DNA of 64,000 nt from Callorhinchus milii (lineage: Eukaryota): NCBI RefSeq assembly GCF_018977255.1, contig NW_024704742.1, forward strand, positions 23,996,001-24,060,000, given 5' to 3'. Under the pieces are notes generated by a model. It saw nothing but the letters and a program-made list of their open reading frames with translations, did no database searches and was not told the DNA's origin. Below are positions 51,216 through 63,603 of the stretch, one piece after another. A program made the position numbers and the translations under genes. The stretch's first letter is position 1. Each line of letters starts with the position of its first letter.

Positions 51216-54200
51216 CATCTAATATTTTTGTTGACCTGAAACTAATTTCTTCTACAAGATGGATTATGTTGTATTCTTGAAGGTGGAGATGAGAACAATT
51301 TGTGGATTTCAATGGCTGGTAAGGACCATATCGCACAATTCTTTGAATTTAGGCAGCAGTCAACCACAAATTAGTTGATGGATACAGTGTTAGTTGCCTG
51401 TAGAGTTTATATCTGCATTCCAAAAGATTTTAGAATAGTTAAGAAATACAAGTTAATCTTATAAATGGGAGTTTTGGCTATCACATCAGACGCTAACATT
51501 TTCCTTGTTTTATTTCTATAAAAGTCAGGCATTAGCGAGAAACTTTGTAAGGAATCAAGAGGTTGGTCAGATTTTATTTTACATTCCTAAAATGCTTCAT
51601 CAATCCACGTTTGTCTTAAAAGGATTTACATTGTCTAGGCCAACGATGGAATTTTACTTTTAAATCTGTACAGGAGTAGACAGCTGTTAGTAATCTCTGC
51701 AGTTGTTGTGTGTCTACTCAGCTGCTTATCCATAACCACACCACACATTTTTCGTTTTTTTAAAAAAACTTAAGCAAAATACAAATAAAAAAAAACTCAG
51801 CTTGGCCAACTGCTAAAGTTTTTNCCTCTTCTCTGATCTGTTAATATGCATTCGACAACAACAACAACTTGCATGTGTATAGCACCCCTCACACAGGGTA
51901 GCATCCCAGAGCACTTAAATTCTAATTTAATACCTACCAATGCAACTGAGCAGTCCCAGACTATGCACCGATAAAGATTAAATACAGGTGGTGCAAGCAA
52001 GAAAGGTGGTATCTCAAAGAGAATTGTATGCCTAGTTTTGGCTGTTCTACTTGCTGTATAATAAACAATACTAAAGTTGTGGTACCTTTCACTTAAAAAA
52101 ATTATTTTCGCCCAGGCAGTCGCAGGAATATTTATATTCATTCTATTTATTTACTACTAAACAGTATAGGTGGATAGAAACAATGCCTGAATTTTCCTCC
52201 TGGTATATTCTTGCTTCCAATACTGTTATTTCACCCTCAAAATACAGTCAATTCATTTTACAATATATTCTGAGAAGTACTTTGAGAAGTCTCAACAACA
52301 TGATAAGGCGCGGAGAATGAAGGAAACTAGTTTTGAAGTTTCTATCCACGCACAGAAGAATCCACGAGGGATTCTTCCTACTCGGCTTCTGTTGGTGCTG
52401 CAAATGAAAGCCCTAGCGTAGGAACTTTGACAGTCCTCTCAATGGCAAGTTAGGGAGTTTTAGCTCAAGTATGATACCAGCACACATCTATGCTAACTTG
52501 AATTATGTATACAACACTTTGCATATAACCAAGCTGCTGCCACTGGAAATTCAGCCACAAAAAGTGGTGCAAAATGTGGTATGGCATCATAAATGTTCAA
52601 CTAAAAGCCTCAAAGTAGATGTCTTCATCTTCAGTCAGGATGTGATAGCAGAAGACTCACTTGAGACAACATTATTTGCTTGTATAACAGGGATAACCTC
52701 TATAAGACATACTGAGGTGTTTCATTAAATTATAGTATGCTGTGAGCAGATAATAGGCTGTGTAATGCCAAAAAGAAAATTAGTTTTATTTTAAATACCC
52801 TCTTGAGATAAGATCAATTGGTGTACTTTTAAAAAATGCAAGAGTCCTTAAAATATAACACAATTGATAATGAACCAAGCATTCCATGGGAATTTATTCT
52901 TCCAAAAAGGTATCATTCAATCAGCTGCCCATAATGCAGACTAAAAAAAAATCTAATCTATAAAATATTATGCTAGACAATAACGGCCTTCACATTCCCA
53001 GTGCCATGCATTACCTGGAAATAAGCCAGTTCCAAAATGGAACAATACTGCATGCTCCACCAAGCTATGTAAATGAAGTAACTAGGTAAAAAGGAAAATT
53101 GCTGACAAATAGCTTTGGATATGGGCTTTGCCAACATCATTCTGAACACTTTATCAGGTCACTCAGCCCTTTAACACAAGATCAATAGTTGTGGTGATAT
53201 TTCTGAAACACCCACAGTAATCCTCATAATCTTTCTCAGCTGGCTCTTTGCTGCCTGGAAATGGTGCAAGGTCTAAAAATAATAGCAAAATTCACATTGA
53301 GCAATTTTAAATTTACTTCTGAAGGCTGCTTACACATGGACTGAAACATCTCCTGGCACGGAAGCCTGAAAATAGCTAATAAGAAAGCAGTATTTAAAAT
53401 GCACCAGGATTGCGAGCTTTCTGTCCAAGATCATCCAGGAGTGCCTAGTATTTAGATTTCACGCACATGTAACAGAAGTTTGCAGACCTTATCAGAATGG
53501 TTATTGCTTTCTAGAAATCAATTTAGCATGCCTCCAATTTTCAACATTCCAATGTTTTTTCGCCCACAAAATTAAGTCAATTCACTTTACAGTGTATTCT
53601 GTGAAGTGCTTTGGGACGTCTTGAAAACGTGATAGAGCGCTATATCAAATACAAGGATTATTATTATTATAAGCAAAAAGAATATTTTTACATAAAAGGT
53701 TTATAAATCATTTTCCTTAAACAGACAAAAGGGACCAAATGTGCTAACATTTCTACAACTCTATGAATCAAGGTAATTTGAGGGATTGTTCAACTGATCC
53801 AGTGTGTGCACATGTTCAGTGGAGTTAAAGCCTTGCATTAAACTATGGTCCATCTCACGCTTGCTGCAATTCTGTTAACAATCAGAAGCGATCCCACAAC
53901 ACAACATCCTGCACCAGTGACCTGAAACAAATGTTCAGTTATACAAGCAACAGCAGAAGCTTCTTTATATTTTCTTTCCCCTGTTCACTTTCCTGCGCTC
54001 TTTTAGGTATTGACTGACGTTGATATAAGGTTCCACAGGACCAGTTGTCCTTCCATTCCTCACAAAAGTAGCCATTCTTCACATACAAGCCCAGACAGGG
54101 AGGGTCAGCAGATATTGCATCTATGTGTGGATCTCATCTCAATCCAACCCCGTCCTCTCTCAATATGCCACATGTGAACTGCCCAGAAGGAGTCACTGTT

Positions 54201-56353
54201 TAGCAATAAGCACAAAGAACCCTGGCTGATGGTTTCCCTTCACAGTCCAGACACCAAAACCAATTTAACAGCCACCTCAGAAAGATTCCTTTCCAGCTTC
54301 TTGTTGTCCATCCATCTAGAATGCTTAGACCCATGTGAATCCTCCTTTATTTTGAAAGGGGCCTTGCTTTCTGGCTAAGGCTTTTCTCGCTGGTCACGAA
54401 CAACAAAAAATATTTTTCAGGGTCAATTCAAACTCTGTTGATTCTTTTCCTAAGAGCTTGATCTTTTATTGAGAAGTGGCATCTCTATCAAGCTGCTGCA
54501 GTTTTCCCAATCTTTGTAACACAGAGGGTGATGCTTAAAAACATCTGAAATTTGAATGTGTAACTACATTAAATAAAAGATTCCTTACATTAATTTATTG
54601 AGACGTTTCTGCACACTCAGATTTAGAATCAATTGTCCAAGCTAGTGCATGTAAGGGAAACTTTTCCTCCAACCATTTTCCTCCTCAAAAATGTTTGTTT
54701 ACTGTCTGCATTCAATGTATTGTGCATATTGTATCACCACCCAAGGTACATTAGTTGGGAGAAAGCAGAAGTGGGGTTATAAGTTGTTCGCAAAAGGACA
54801 CACAGGATGGATTTTCAAACCAGGAGCTACCCATCATCAGCTGGTAGCAGAAATGATGGTGACCAAAGCAAATCAAGATAGATGATACCCAAAATATTGT
54901 TTGTACCAGAAAACTGTTGGAATTATTAGAAGACAATTAAGCTAACAAAAATACTGCTCCACAGAGCTAAATTCATAAACCAACTAGCTAGTAAGATGTA
55001 CAATAGGCGCAGTTTCATAAGGAAATACTGGGGATTGCAAAGCTACACAAACTAAAACAGAATTTAGACCTTATTCTGATTTAGGAGAAACAAGCTAAAG
55101 GGTATTCTACATCACAAGATTTCACACAGAGGCAGGGGTCAAAGTTATGTGATTATTCATGGCACTAACAATAATCCTTACATATGGTATGCCTTTCACA
55201 TCGGGAGGGTTCTTAAAGTGCTTCACAGGATCTACTGTAAAGTGGAGTGACTGAGTTTGTGAGGATGAACACAACAGCCAACGGTTTCAAGCCCACTACT
55301 TTACCTGATCCCCATTCTTCTTCAAGCCTTTATCTTTCATATACCCGTCTGCCAGGATCAATAAATTTCCTACTTTAACTTTTTTCCCAATGACTTCCAT
55401 CTGAATCCACCACCCTAATACCCAACATATCTTCCACATCATAAATCTAACAAACCTAACATTCGTCGATTTTGGGTTATTTACTGGTCACATTTTGGTT
55501 ATGCTGGTTGGAGGATGCATTTGATCTGCCACCAGTTATCCTTGCAAAATATTGGTAAAGCGGGTCACAGCTAATTGAAAAGGAAATTATGGCTAGCAAC
55601 TTTCTGTTTATGCCAGTATATTTTTGACTTGCGAGCAGCTGGCTAATCGGTTCTCTTTAGATTGGGCTGTAAGATGAGTGTCCTGTCGTTTGTTCACTCG
55701 GTTTGCTTGTCAGCATTCAACACATTCCCTAAGTGAAGATATTAATCTGTCCTAAGAAGGACAGATTAAGGATCTGCCCTGATGAATGTCTCTGCATTTA
55801 TTTATTTTCTTTCCAAAACTTGTAAACCACATTGCTGAAAACGTTCTCTTTGAAGTCGTGTGATGGAATGCAGTTTCATCAAGTCCAGCAATAGAGATTA
55901 AAATGTGACAAGATAACTTCTAAAATATGCAGTGCAATGACCTCTAGCACTTCAGGGTAGTACTGCCTCTTCTTGTTAATGCGATACTGAACTGTTGTAA
56001 AATTACACAAATGTTACACTCCACATTTTTTCACACGATGTTCTCATAAATCTCATACAGTGTTAGATACTTTGAGAGGGAAAAACAGGGAAACTTTTAA
56101 ATTCATCTAACTGGATTACAATTTTCTCCTCGGCTCAGCCACAGTTCTGACAAGACAGGAACAGTAACCCTCAAACTTTGGTTAAAAGTTAATCCCATTG
56201 AAAAACAAAATATGAGAAAATTTCTGTGACAAATCCAGCATGTGAAATGTAAGCTTTCTGCTTACTCATCATATTGCATGGATCTTTTTTGTTTCAACAT
56301 GACACATGCAGAAAACCATCACAAACACTAAAGAGTATTAAACCCAAACTCTT

Positions 56354-56671
56354 TAATAATAATAATACTTGCATTTTCACGTTTTTTCACATCGGGAGGA
56401 CGTCCCAAAGCACTTCACAGAGCACCCTGTAAAGTGAATTGACTGTATATTTGTGGGCGAACGCGGCAGCCAATTGCGCACAGCGATGTCCCACAAACAG
56501 TCGTAGATTGAAAATGACCAATTTATTATTGTTTTTTGTTTTGGAGCGATTATTATTAGGCTCTGTGTGGAGTAAGGAAACTTGCCCAAGATTTCACCCT
56601 GACCTGCCTGGGATTGAACTCAGGTCTCTCACTTGCAAAGCGAGTGCTCTAACCACTGAGCTACAGGACTC
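56354..56671 (-). mobile_element. Full-length copy of the same tRNA-derived SINE
   Basis: Close reverse complement of 39135-39479; inserted into an unclassified repeat. Confidence 0.9.
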
Positions 56672-57004
56672 TAAAGCAAATGCATGGAAATTTGGGGTTG
56701 TATGGAATGGAGAGGGCTCTTTCTCTCTCAATCGACTTTGTTTAACTAATTCTGGAAAGTATTAGGCACAAATTAGCAAGAGCCAAGGCTGGGAACCCAG
56801 AGCGTGCAAAGTGGGTACAGCTGCAGTTTTGCAGAGTTTGTCATTGAGAACACTGTCTGGCAAGCCATTGCTTGGCGAGCTTGAATCACCCTACACGTTA
56901 TGGGTTTGGTTTGAAATCAGGCCTCAATATTGATTTCAATAATTTCAGACCATAACAGCTCACCTTTCCCCTCCCCTTCTTCTGTGACCATTACCATATC
57001 ATCT

Positions 57005-57302
57005 GGATCCCAGACATACCTTTTCTCTCTGGTCTGCCTGTCTTTTTGCAATCCCAGCCCACCCCTTTATTTTGCATAACACCTCTTTAACACATCATCC
57101 CCTGTCCTCTACCCCATTTTCTCCTTGGTCTTCTTTGCCCTACCTCCCGCCTCTCCCTCCCAACATGCCCGAATTCTGACGAAGGGTCATGGATCTGAAA
57201 CGTTGACTCACTTTCCTTTCTCCATAGATGCTGCCTGACCCACTGAGTGTTCCCAGCAACTTTTGTTTCAGATTTCCAGCATCTGCAATATTTTGTATTT
57301 TG
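57005..57302 (+). mobile_element. Penelope-like element terminal fragment, same family as 47364-47760
   Basis: Reverse complement of 47364-47635; ends cagatttccagcatctgcaatattttgtattttg. Smaller remnants at 28820-28890 and 63844-63935. Confidence 0.75.
57171..57209 (+). ncRNA. Minimal type-I hammerhead ribozyme motif (Penelope-associated)
   Basis: gaatt-CTGACGA-agggtc atg gatct-GAAA-cgtt-gactc: intact CUGANGA/GAAA core, stem II, palindromic ACGU stem III, imperfect stem I. Confidence 0.65.
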
Positions 57303-59302
57303 TCAAACGTTCCTGCTGCTTGTCCAGTTGGGACCACACTACCCATTAGGGTTTTGGCTTGTAGGGTTAACAAGATGAGTGAGATGACTGCCTGCAGTGG
57401 CTGGTCTGCCCTTCCAGGTCTTGCCAATGAGCTCGGCTGGCTGTGCTATCATCAGAAGTGCCTGGAATACTGCGGACCCGCCTGGCTCAGGCACCTCCCT
57501 GGAGTATGTTTGCTTATAAAACAGGTGTCCTGGGCCCTAGTTATTAGAAGTGCAGTATATTTCCAGCAGGGAGACAGCCCTTTTGTTGTTTGTCTGGACT
57601 CTTATGACAGCAATCCACTGATACCAGTATAGTGGCTGACTGACTCAGGTTTTCCTCTACACAGCATATTATCGCATCTCTGTTACATGGCACCAGGCAG
57701 CGAAGACATCATGCAGCCTTGCTTCAGGCAATCCTTATCCATTCTGAAAAGATTATATTTACCCCAAATCTTCAACAGCACGAATATTTCCAAATGATGA
57801 ATAGCCTTATAGCCTTGATACATGTATGCATGTGTGTGTAGAGTATGTGTTTGTGAGAGAGTGTGTGTGTTTGTGAGAGACTGTGTGTGTGGGAGTGCGA
57901 TGTATGAGAGTGAGTGTGCGTGAGTGAGAGTGTTGGTAAACTTTTGTATTTTGTTGATAGTTTGCTTACAGCATTATCCAAAGGTTCTGCTCGATGGATT
58001 AGCTGCATGTCAGGACTTTGAGCAAAAAGTCGAGGCAAACATTCCACTGCAGTGATGAGAGAGTACTGAATTGTCAGGGGTCCTGCCCTTTGGATGAAAT
58101 AGTAAATCAAGGTCCTGGCTGTCTGTTCAGGTAAAAGATAAAGATTCGATGGCATGCTGAAAAGGAACTTTGGGAATTTCTTCAAGCTAACGCTCCCCCC
58201 ACCCCGCGCCCACACCCCACAAACACACGCGTGAATACACACGCACACACAAAAAGAAACACAAAACATGCACTTTATGACTGTTTATGGGACATTACTG
58301 CGCGCAATTGGATGCTGCAGTTGTCTACAAATATAAAGTTGCTACACTCTAGAGTAAGCTCTGAAGCGCATCAAAACATTTTGATGTGATAAAGTGTCAA
58401 ATACGAGGATTATTATTATAACAATGATACATGCTGATTGTGTATAACTCAGTAAAGTTGCTCTAGGGTTACTTCTCGTCTGAATGGTCAGATTTTGTGT
58501 TCCAGTTTTAGGAGCGATCAGATATATCTTAGCTCAGTCCAGCTGTTTTAAGTGCCGAGGGATCTATGATTCTTGCCAATTTGGAATTAGTTTGTACATC
58601 AGATATCACATTGCGAACATTGATTTGTATCCATAACTGTGGTCACCATTAATTGAATCAATTTAAAAATTTTAACCTGGGAATATTTTGCACATCACTG
58701 AAATGGAGTGACACAATTTATTTAAAAATGTTAATGTTACATTGCTTATCATTAGCTGGGATGCTCATTTATAAAACGGTCCATCAATCAATATTCTACT
58801 TTCAGTTATAATAGTTGCTGTAATACTGATTTGAAGGCAGCCTCATGTTAGTCACCCCTTAAATACCATAATATACATTAATCCCTCAGCAAAGGTCTAT
58901 TACTACCCTTGAGCTCAACTCCTGTCAGAAGTTGTTAAATAAGACTGGAGAGTAAAGCTCTGCTTTGAAACATTTATATGTTAAGGTTTCATTCCATAAG
59001 TTCCCAAACCAGCTCCTTCAATGACAGCTGATAAATAGATGCACCGTGGCACTGAAACTAGATTCAAATGTAACTTTGCGTTGAGCTAATTTCAAGGGAC
59101 AACAGAAGAATGCTATAGTTCACTCGGTGTCTTCAAGCTTATATACATCATCAGTTAGGATTCCTGTTCCTGAAGCAGTGACTCCTGCTGGAAGCTAATT
59201 GTAAATGTAGGTGAAGTCAGAAACAGGTTCAATTGCATTTTCCTCCACTCCTCCTCCCTCACCCCTCAGAATAGTCCATTGACACTCGCATTCTAGACTT
59301 AC

Positions 59303-59380
59303 ATGAGGTACAACAGGGCTACTGATGTGTCTGCATGTTAATGAAGAGAGATGGAACTTCAGAGGGCAACTGAGCTTCAT
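59303..59380 (-). CDS. Weaker candidate alternative N-terminal exon, 26 aa MKLSCPLKFHLSSLTCRHISSPVVPH
   Basis: aacATG, 78 nt, CAT|GTAAGT phase 0; G/C-box-like sequence 150-330 nt upstream. Could be chance. Confidence 0.25.
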
Positions 59381-62109
59381 GTTCCCCTCAACAATAATAC
59401 TAATAAGTTATTATATATTCCCCTCAATGAGACTAGACGAGTTTCATATTGCAAAGGAGGCTTGATAACCTCAACTCTCAGACATATTACTGGAGGCTCA
59501 CACAACAGGCGTGAAATGCTACAGTATTCATGCAGGTAGACCTCAGTGGGCGTGGGGGAAACTCAGCACTGAGGTGGAAGTGTGAGTCTCGATTTTAAAT
59601 AAGTTTTTCAATTTAACACGGGCAACATGTCCAGAGGATTGCATCTCTCTCTCTGATGGCTGGGGAAACGAAGGAGGTGGGGTGGGGGTGTGGGATGGGG
59701 GGGTAGGAAGAAGGCTTTAACGGCTCAAGTTCACAGTGACGGTACTATGTTTCTTCTGTCACCTCTGTACTCAACACCATTATAAACATAACACTAAAAG
59801 CTGGCAGGACTGGTGTACTGTTGCACAAATGCACTTCTAAAAAAATCAGAGACAACAATGTAACAGAACACACATCTTCTAAGAGTTTCAAAAATGAAGT
59901 TAGAAAAAGTCATACCAACTGTTCTCAATGCGATGTCTTGCTAACTGGCTTCAAGAGAATACTTTAACAGTATTGCAAATTCCACACTTATAGCACAAAT
60001 AGATAATAAAAGACAAATTCAAAACCTGGTTATAAAGTAGTCTCAATCATATACACACACAATCAATAATGTAATGTAGATTCAATGATGATCCAATTAT
60101 TCTGCGAACCTTTCCAAATAGGAAATCCTGGAAACAAATACAGTGAACCACAAATTTCTCAGTTAGATACATAAATGCTTTAGCAGTATGGCTTCGACCC
60201 ATTAATTCTTTTGGTTTCAGACTCAGCTCTGGAAGACAATTTGAAACATACCAGTAAGATGGTTATTTTCTTCATCCATTTGTTCCCCATTTACTAAAAT
60301 ATAAATGAAACAGCTCTCAAGTTCCCAAGTTAGGTCCAGTTGCAGTTAGAGAGAGAGAGAAAAAAAAAACGTTTACACCTGTGCTGATTTACAATCAGTT
60401 TGTTTTTAACAATAAGAGTTCAGGAGAGCTTGTGACGGTACGAATTTGAAGTTCCAATCTCAGACAACACACGACAAATGCCGAGGTTCATTGGAGACTG
60501 TTTGAATCTCCTCATCGTTCAATGTCAGCTGCCATTCTGACACGCAGGACAAAGGCCAAATAGTATATTTGACACTGCTTGCACTGCCATTTGTCCAGCC
60601 CACATATCAATCGGTCAGCAATTGCTGCACAATTCATAACTCAGCAAAAGAAAATTCCGTGGAGCTCCTTTTCCCTTGCAGTAATTGGGGGGAGTGGGGG
60701 AAGGGGGTCAAACATAATTGACTGCAAGTTAACCTTACAAGCCTCCATAAGCTGCACTTCCAGCTGTCAAATCTGTCAAGGTTACTTACTCAATGTTGAT
60801 TTTGGTGTTGGGTAAATATGTCAATGGTGTTCAATTCAAACTCATACTGTACAACCATGCCTACGCAAAATAAAACCTAAAATTCTCAACAAGATTATGA
60901 CACAAGTCAACATTAATTCAGCATCAAGAAACAATTTGAATATATGATTTACATATTCAAAGTTTAATTAAGGATACTAATAGACTATGGGATTGCCTGC
61001 CTTGCGTCAACTGTACTTCAAGCCATGATTAAATGCTTCTCGATGTGAATATTGGGCAGCCTTCAACTTGATGAATACTATTAAAAGCACTTTCAGAAGG
61101 ACACAAATAAGAAAGCAATTAACAAATGTTTGTTGGATTCTATGCAATAATGATCAGATCTACTCTCATTCCAAAATGAAGATTAGAACAGAAATTCATA
61201 CCCTTAATTGTAGACATTTTCCCTTAACACAAAACATTTATTGATCTAAGCCATCGGTTACTGAGGCTGCTCGTAATGAGCATGAAGCTACCAACCACTT
61301 CCCCTCAGACAGTTTGAAAACAAAACTGAACTATGAGCACTTCTTAGCATCCACATTCAGGGCAGGATTTGCATGCATGCGAGGTCAGGTCACGTAAATG
61401 CACTCGTTGGCCATGTGCGCTCCACGGAGACAACAGAAAATCTCACCAGGGAGAAAACAGTACTTAATGGTGCATAGAAAACTGAGGTGGGCAAGAATGT
61501 GAAACATTTTTTACTTGTATAAATTTAGAACAATTTAATATCATGTGCTCTATATTCAGCATCACAATTTTCTAAAATAATAATCACAAATTTACCATAT
61601 AATAATACTAATCTACAACCTGTAATTGTTAGTTTATCAACGTCAAAATGCAGGCAATTCCGGGTGGCAAGTTTTTAGAAGTAAAAAATGGAAAATCATT
61701 TTGGTGGACAAATTATATTCCAGGAGAAACCTAGGTTACTTTGACCAGTGTGCAGCGTTTTCTTTAATCAATCATCCTCAACAACTGAAAACAGGAATGT
61801 GAGAAATGCTAACAAAATTCCATGCTGCTTCTCCCAGCTCCGAAATGAAATTCTACTGTATACCAGAACCGGAAAGAAAAATGTGAACAATGCTCATGGC
61901 AATCTTAACCATGGAGGGGCATGTTCTTACACAAATCTTTCAAAAAGGAGTCAGACTGCAAGGAGATTATTAAGTGTACATGCAAATGTTCCAGTTGACA
62001 AAATGGAAAATGTATCCAAGCAACAACAATGTGTGTAAAATTGAGAATTTTAGCAGGAGACAACGCAAAGCCTTAGGAACTGAACTGAGTATTTCAATAA
62101 CAGATTAGA

Positions 62110-62430
62110 CACAGCATGAGGATCACCCCAGAAATGAGTACCATCAGTCCCCATTCTCTCCTGACTCTACAACCTTCCCATCTCCTAGCCGATCAAATTC
62201 AAGATCTTCGTCCCAACCTTCACATTCTGCCATGGTGTTGTCCCACCCTACTTCTGCGACCTGTTCAAACCCTACCAACCTATGTGCTCCCTCCACTCAG
62301 TGCAGACTGGCCTGCGTCATGTCTCCCACCCCATCATCAGTGGTTGGGCTTTCAGAGTGTCTGCCCCCACTCTCTTGAACTCCATCCCAGAGTTTCTTCG
62401 ATTTAGCATTTTCCTGCCTCCTTCAAGGTG
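62110..62430 (+). mobile_element. Degenerate L2 fragment
   Basis: caaattcaagatcttcgtcccaaccttcac... similar to the other L2 copies. Confidence 0.65.
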
Positions 62431-63066
62431 TGTCTACTGTAATCAATTTCTATATGATAATTTTAATTCATATTTAGGACAGTCAAAAGACAAAATTCTT
62501 CAATATTCAGAAAATAAACAGATCAAAAAGCCGGTGTTAATACAACAAACAGAATTAGTGCAAATCACATTATGCTTAAATCTCACACATTCATACCACT
62601 GTACTACAACAACAACAACAACAACAAGATTCCATTTATAGAGCGCCTTTCACGTCGGGAGGACGTCCCACTTACTACTTACACAGGTCTTCACCTAATG
62701 CAAGACAACTTTTATCAATCATGTTGAAGACTATAAAAAGAATTGTGATGATATTAATTTTGATAATGATAATTTAGTAAATAAATTCAGTAACAGAATA
62801 AGAAGACTGTTAATGTACAGACCCTTTATAGTAAGTTCCAATCGGTCACTGGTACCTCTCAGCACATTAGCACCTGAATCGCCTTCCGAGTTGATCCATT
62901 AATCCTACATCTACACGGCACCCTTACATCACAAAATGCTCTTCTTATTTCATAGAGGCGCTTTATGCAAAAAAATCTCATTGGCATATTAGAAAGGACG
63001 TTAAAAAAAATGCATGGTCAGCGTTTCTCATCACATTTCCCAACCATAAAACAGAAAGTTTCTTAC

Positions 63067-63534
63067 CTGATTCTTCAGCAGTGGCAGGGGCTGCTGTGTG
63101 CTAATATCAACATTGTAATTTGGATCAGTTACATCATTTCCATTTGTGCTGTCTTCTTCTCTACTGCTGTCAGATTGTTCAAAGTCATCGCTTTCTTGGT
63201 CCATTTCTTCCTCTTCCTCACCATCCTCTTGTTCCTCTTTGTTTCTACCATCCTCCTCATCCTCTGCTATAACTCTGTTGTTGTTTTCTTCTTCTTCCTC
63301 CTCCTCCTCTTCCTCCTCCTCATCACCTTCCCCTCCATCAACCTGGGATTCATTATTGGTACTACTGCTAGCTTCAGCTCCACTTCCATCAGCATTCCTC
63401 ACACAGTGCTCCTCTTGTTCCTCCACTACTCTGTTCATTTGCTCTTCCTCTCCATGACTTAAGGAGGCATTACCTCGGAGGGATCCTCCAGTTCGACGCC
63501 TCTTGCTGCCCCCAGACAGCAATTCCTGGTTCAT
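63067..63534 (-). CDS. FBXW7: FBXW7 alpha-isoform first coding exon, ATG to donor (156 codons; KRRR NLS, long acidic tract)
   Basis: MNQELLSGGSKRRRTGGSLRGN...EEEEEMDQESDDFEQSDSSRE closely matches human FBXW7alpha N-terminus. Ends AAT CAG|GTAAGA (phase 0) at 63067/63066. Confidence 0.97.
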
Positions 63535-63603
63535 TTCCAATAGCCAGCTTGCTACTTCTTGAACCTTTGCTAGATCGTTGGATGGTGTACACACTGCTGC
63601 AGC
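63535..63603 (-). other. FBXW7: 5' 69 nt of the alpha exon (nominal UTR, open in frame)
   Basis: Acceptor cccattctctacgtttgcag| ends at 63604, followed by 23 stop-free codons AAAVCTPSNDLAKVQEVASWLLE before the ATG. Confidence 0.85.

Noticed and set aside
62965..63462. Hydrophobic 165-aa + strand ORF
   Set aside because: Antisense shadow of the Glu-rich alpha exon.
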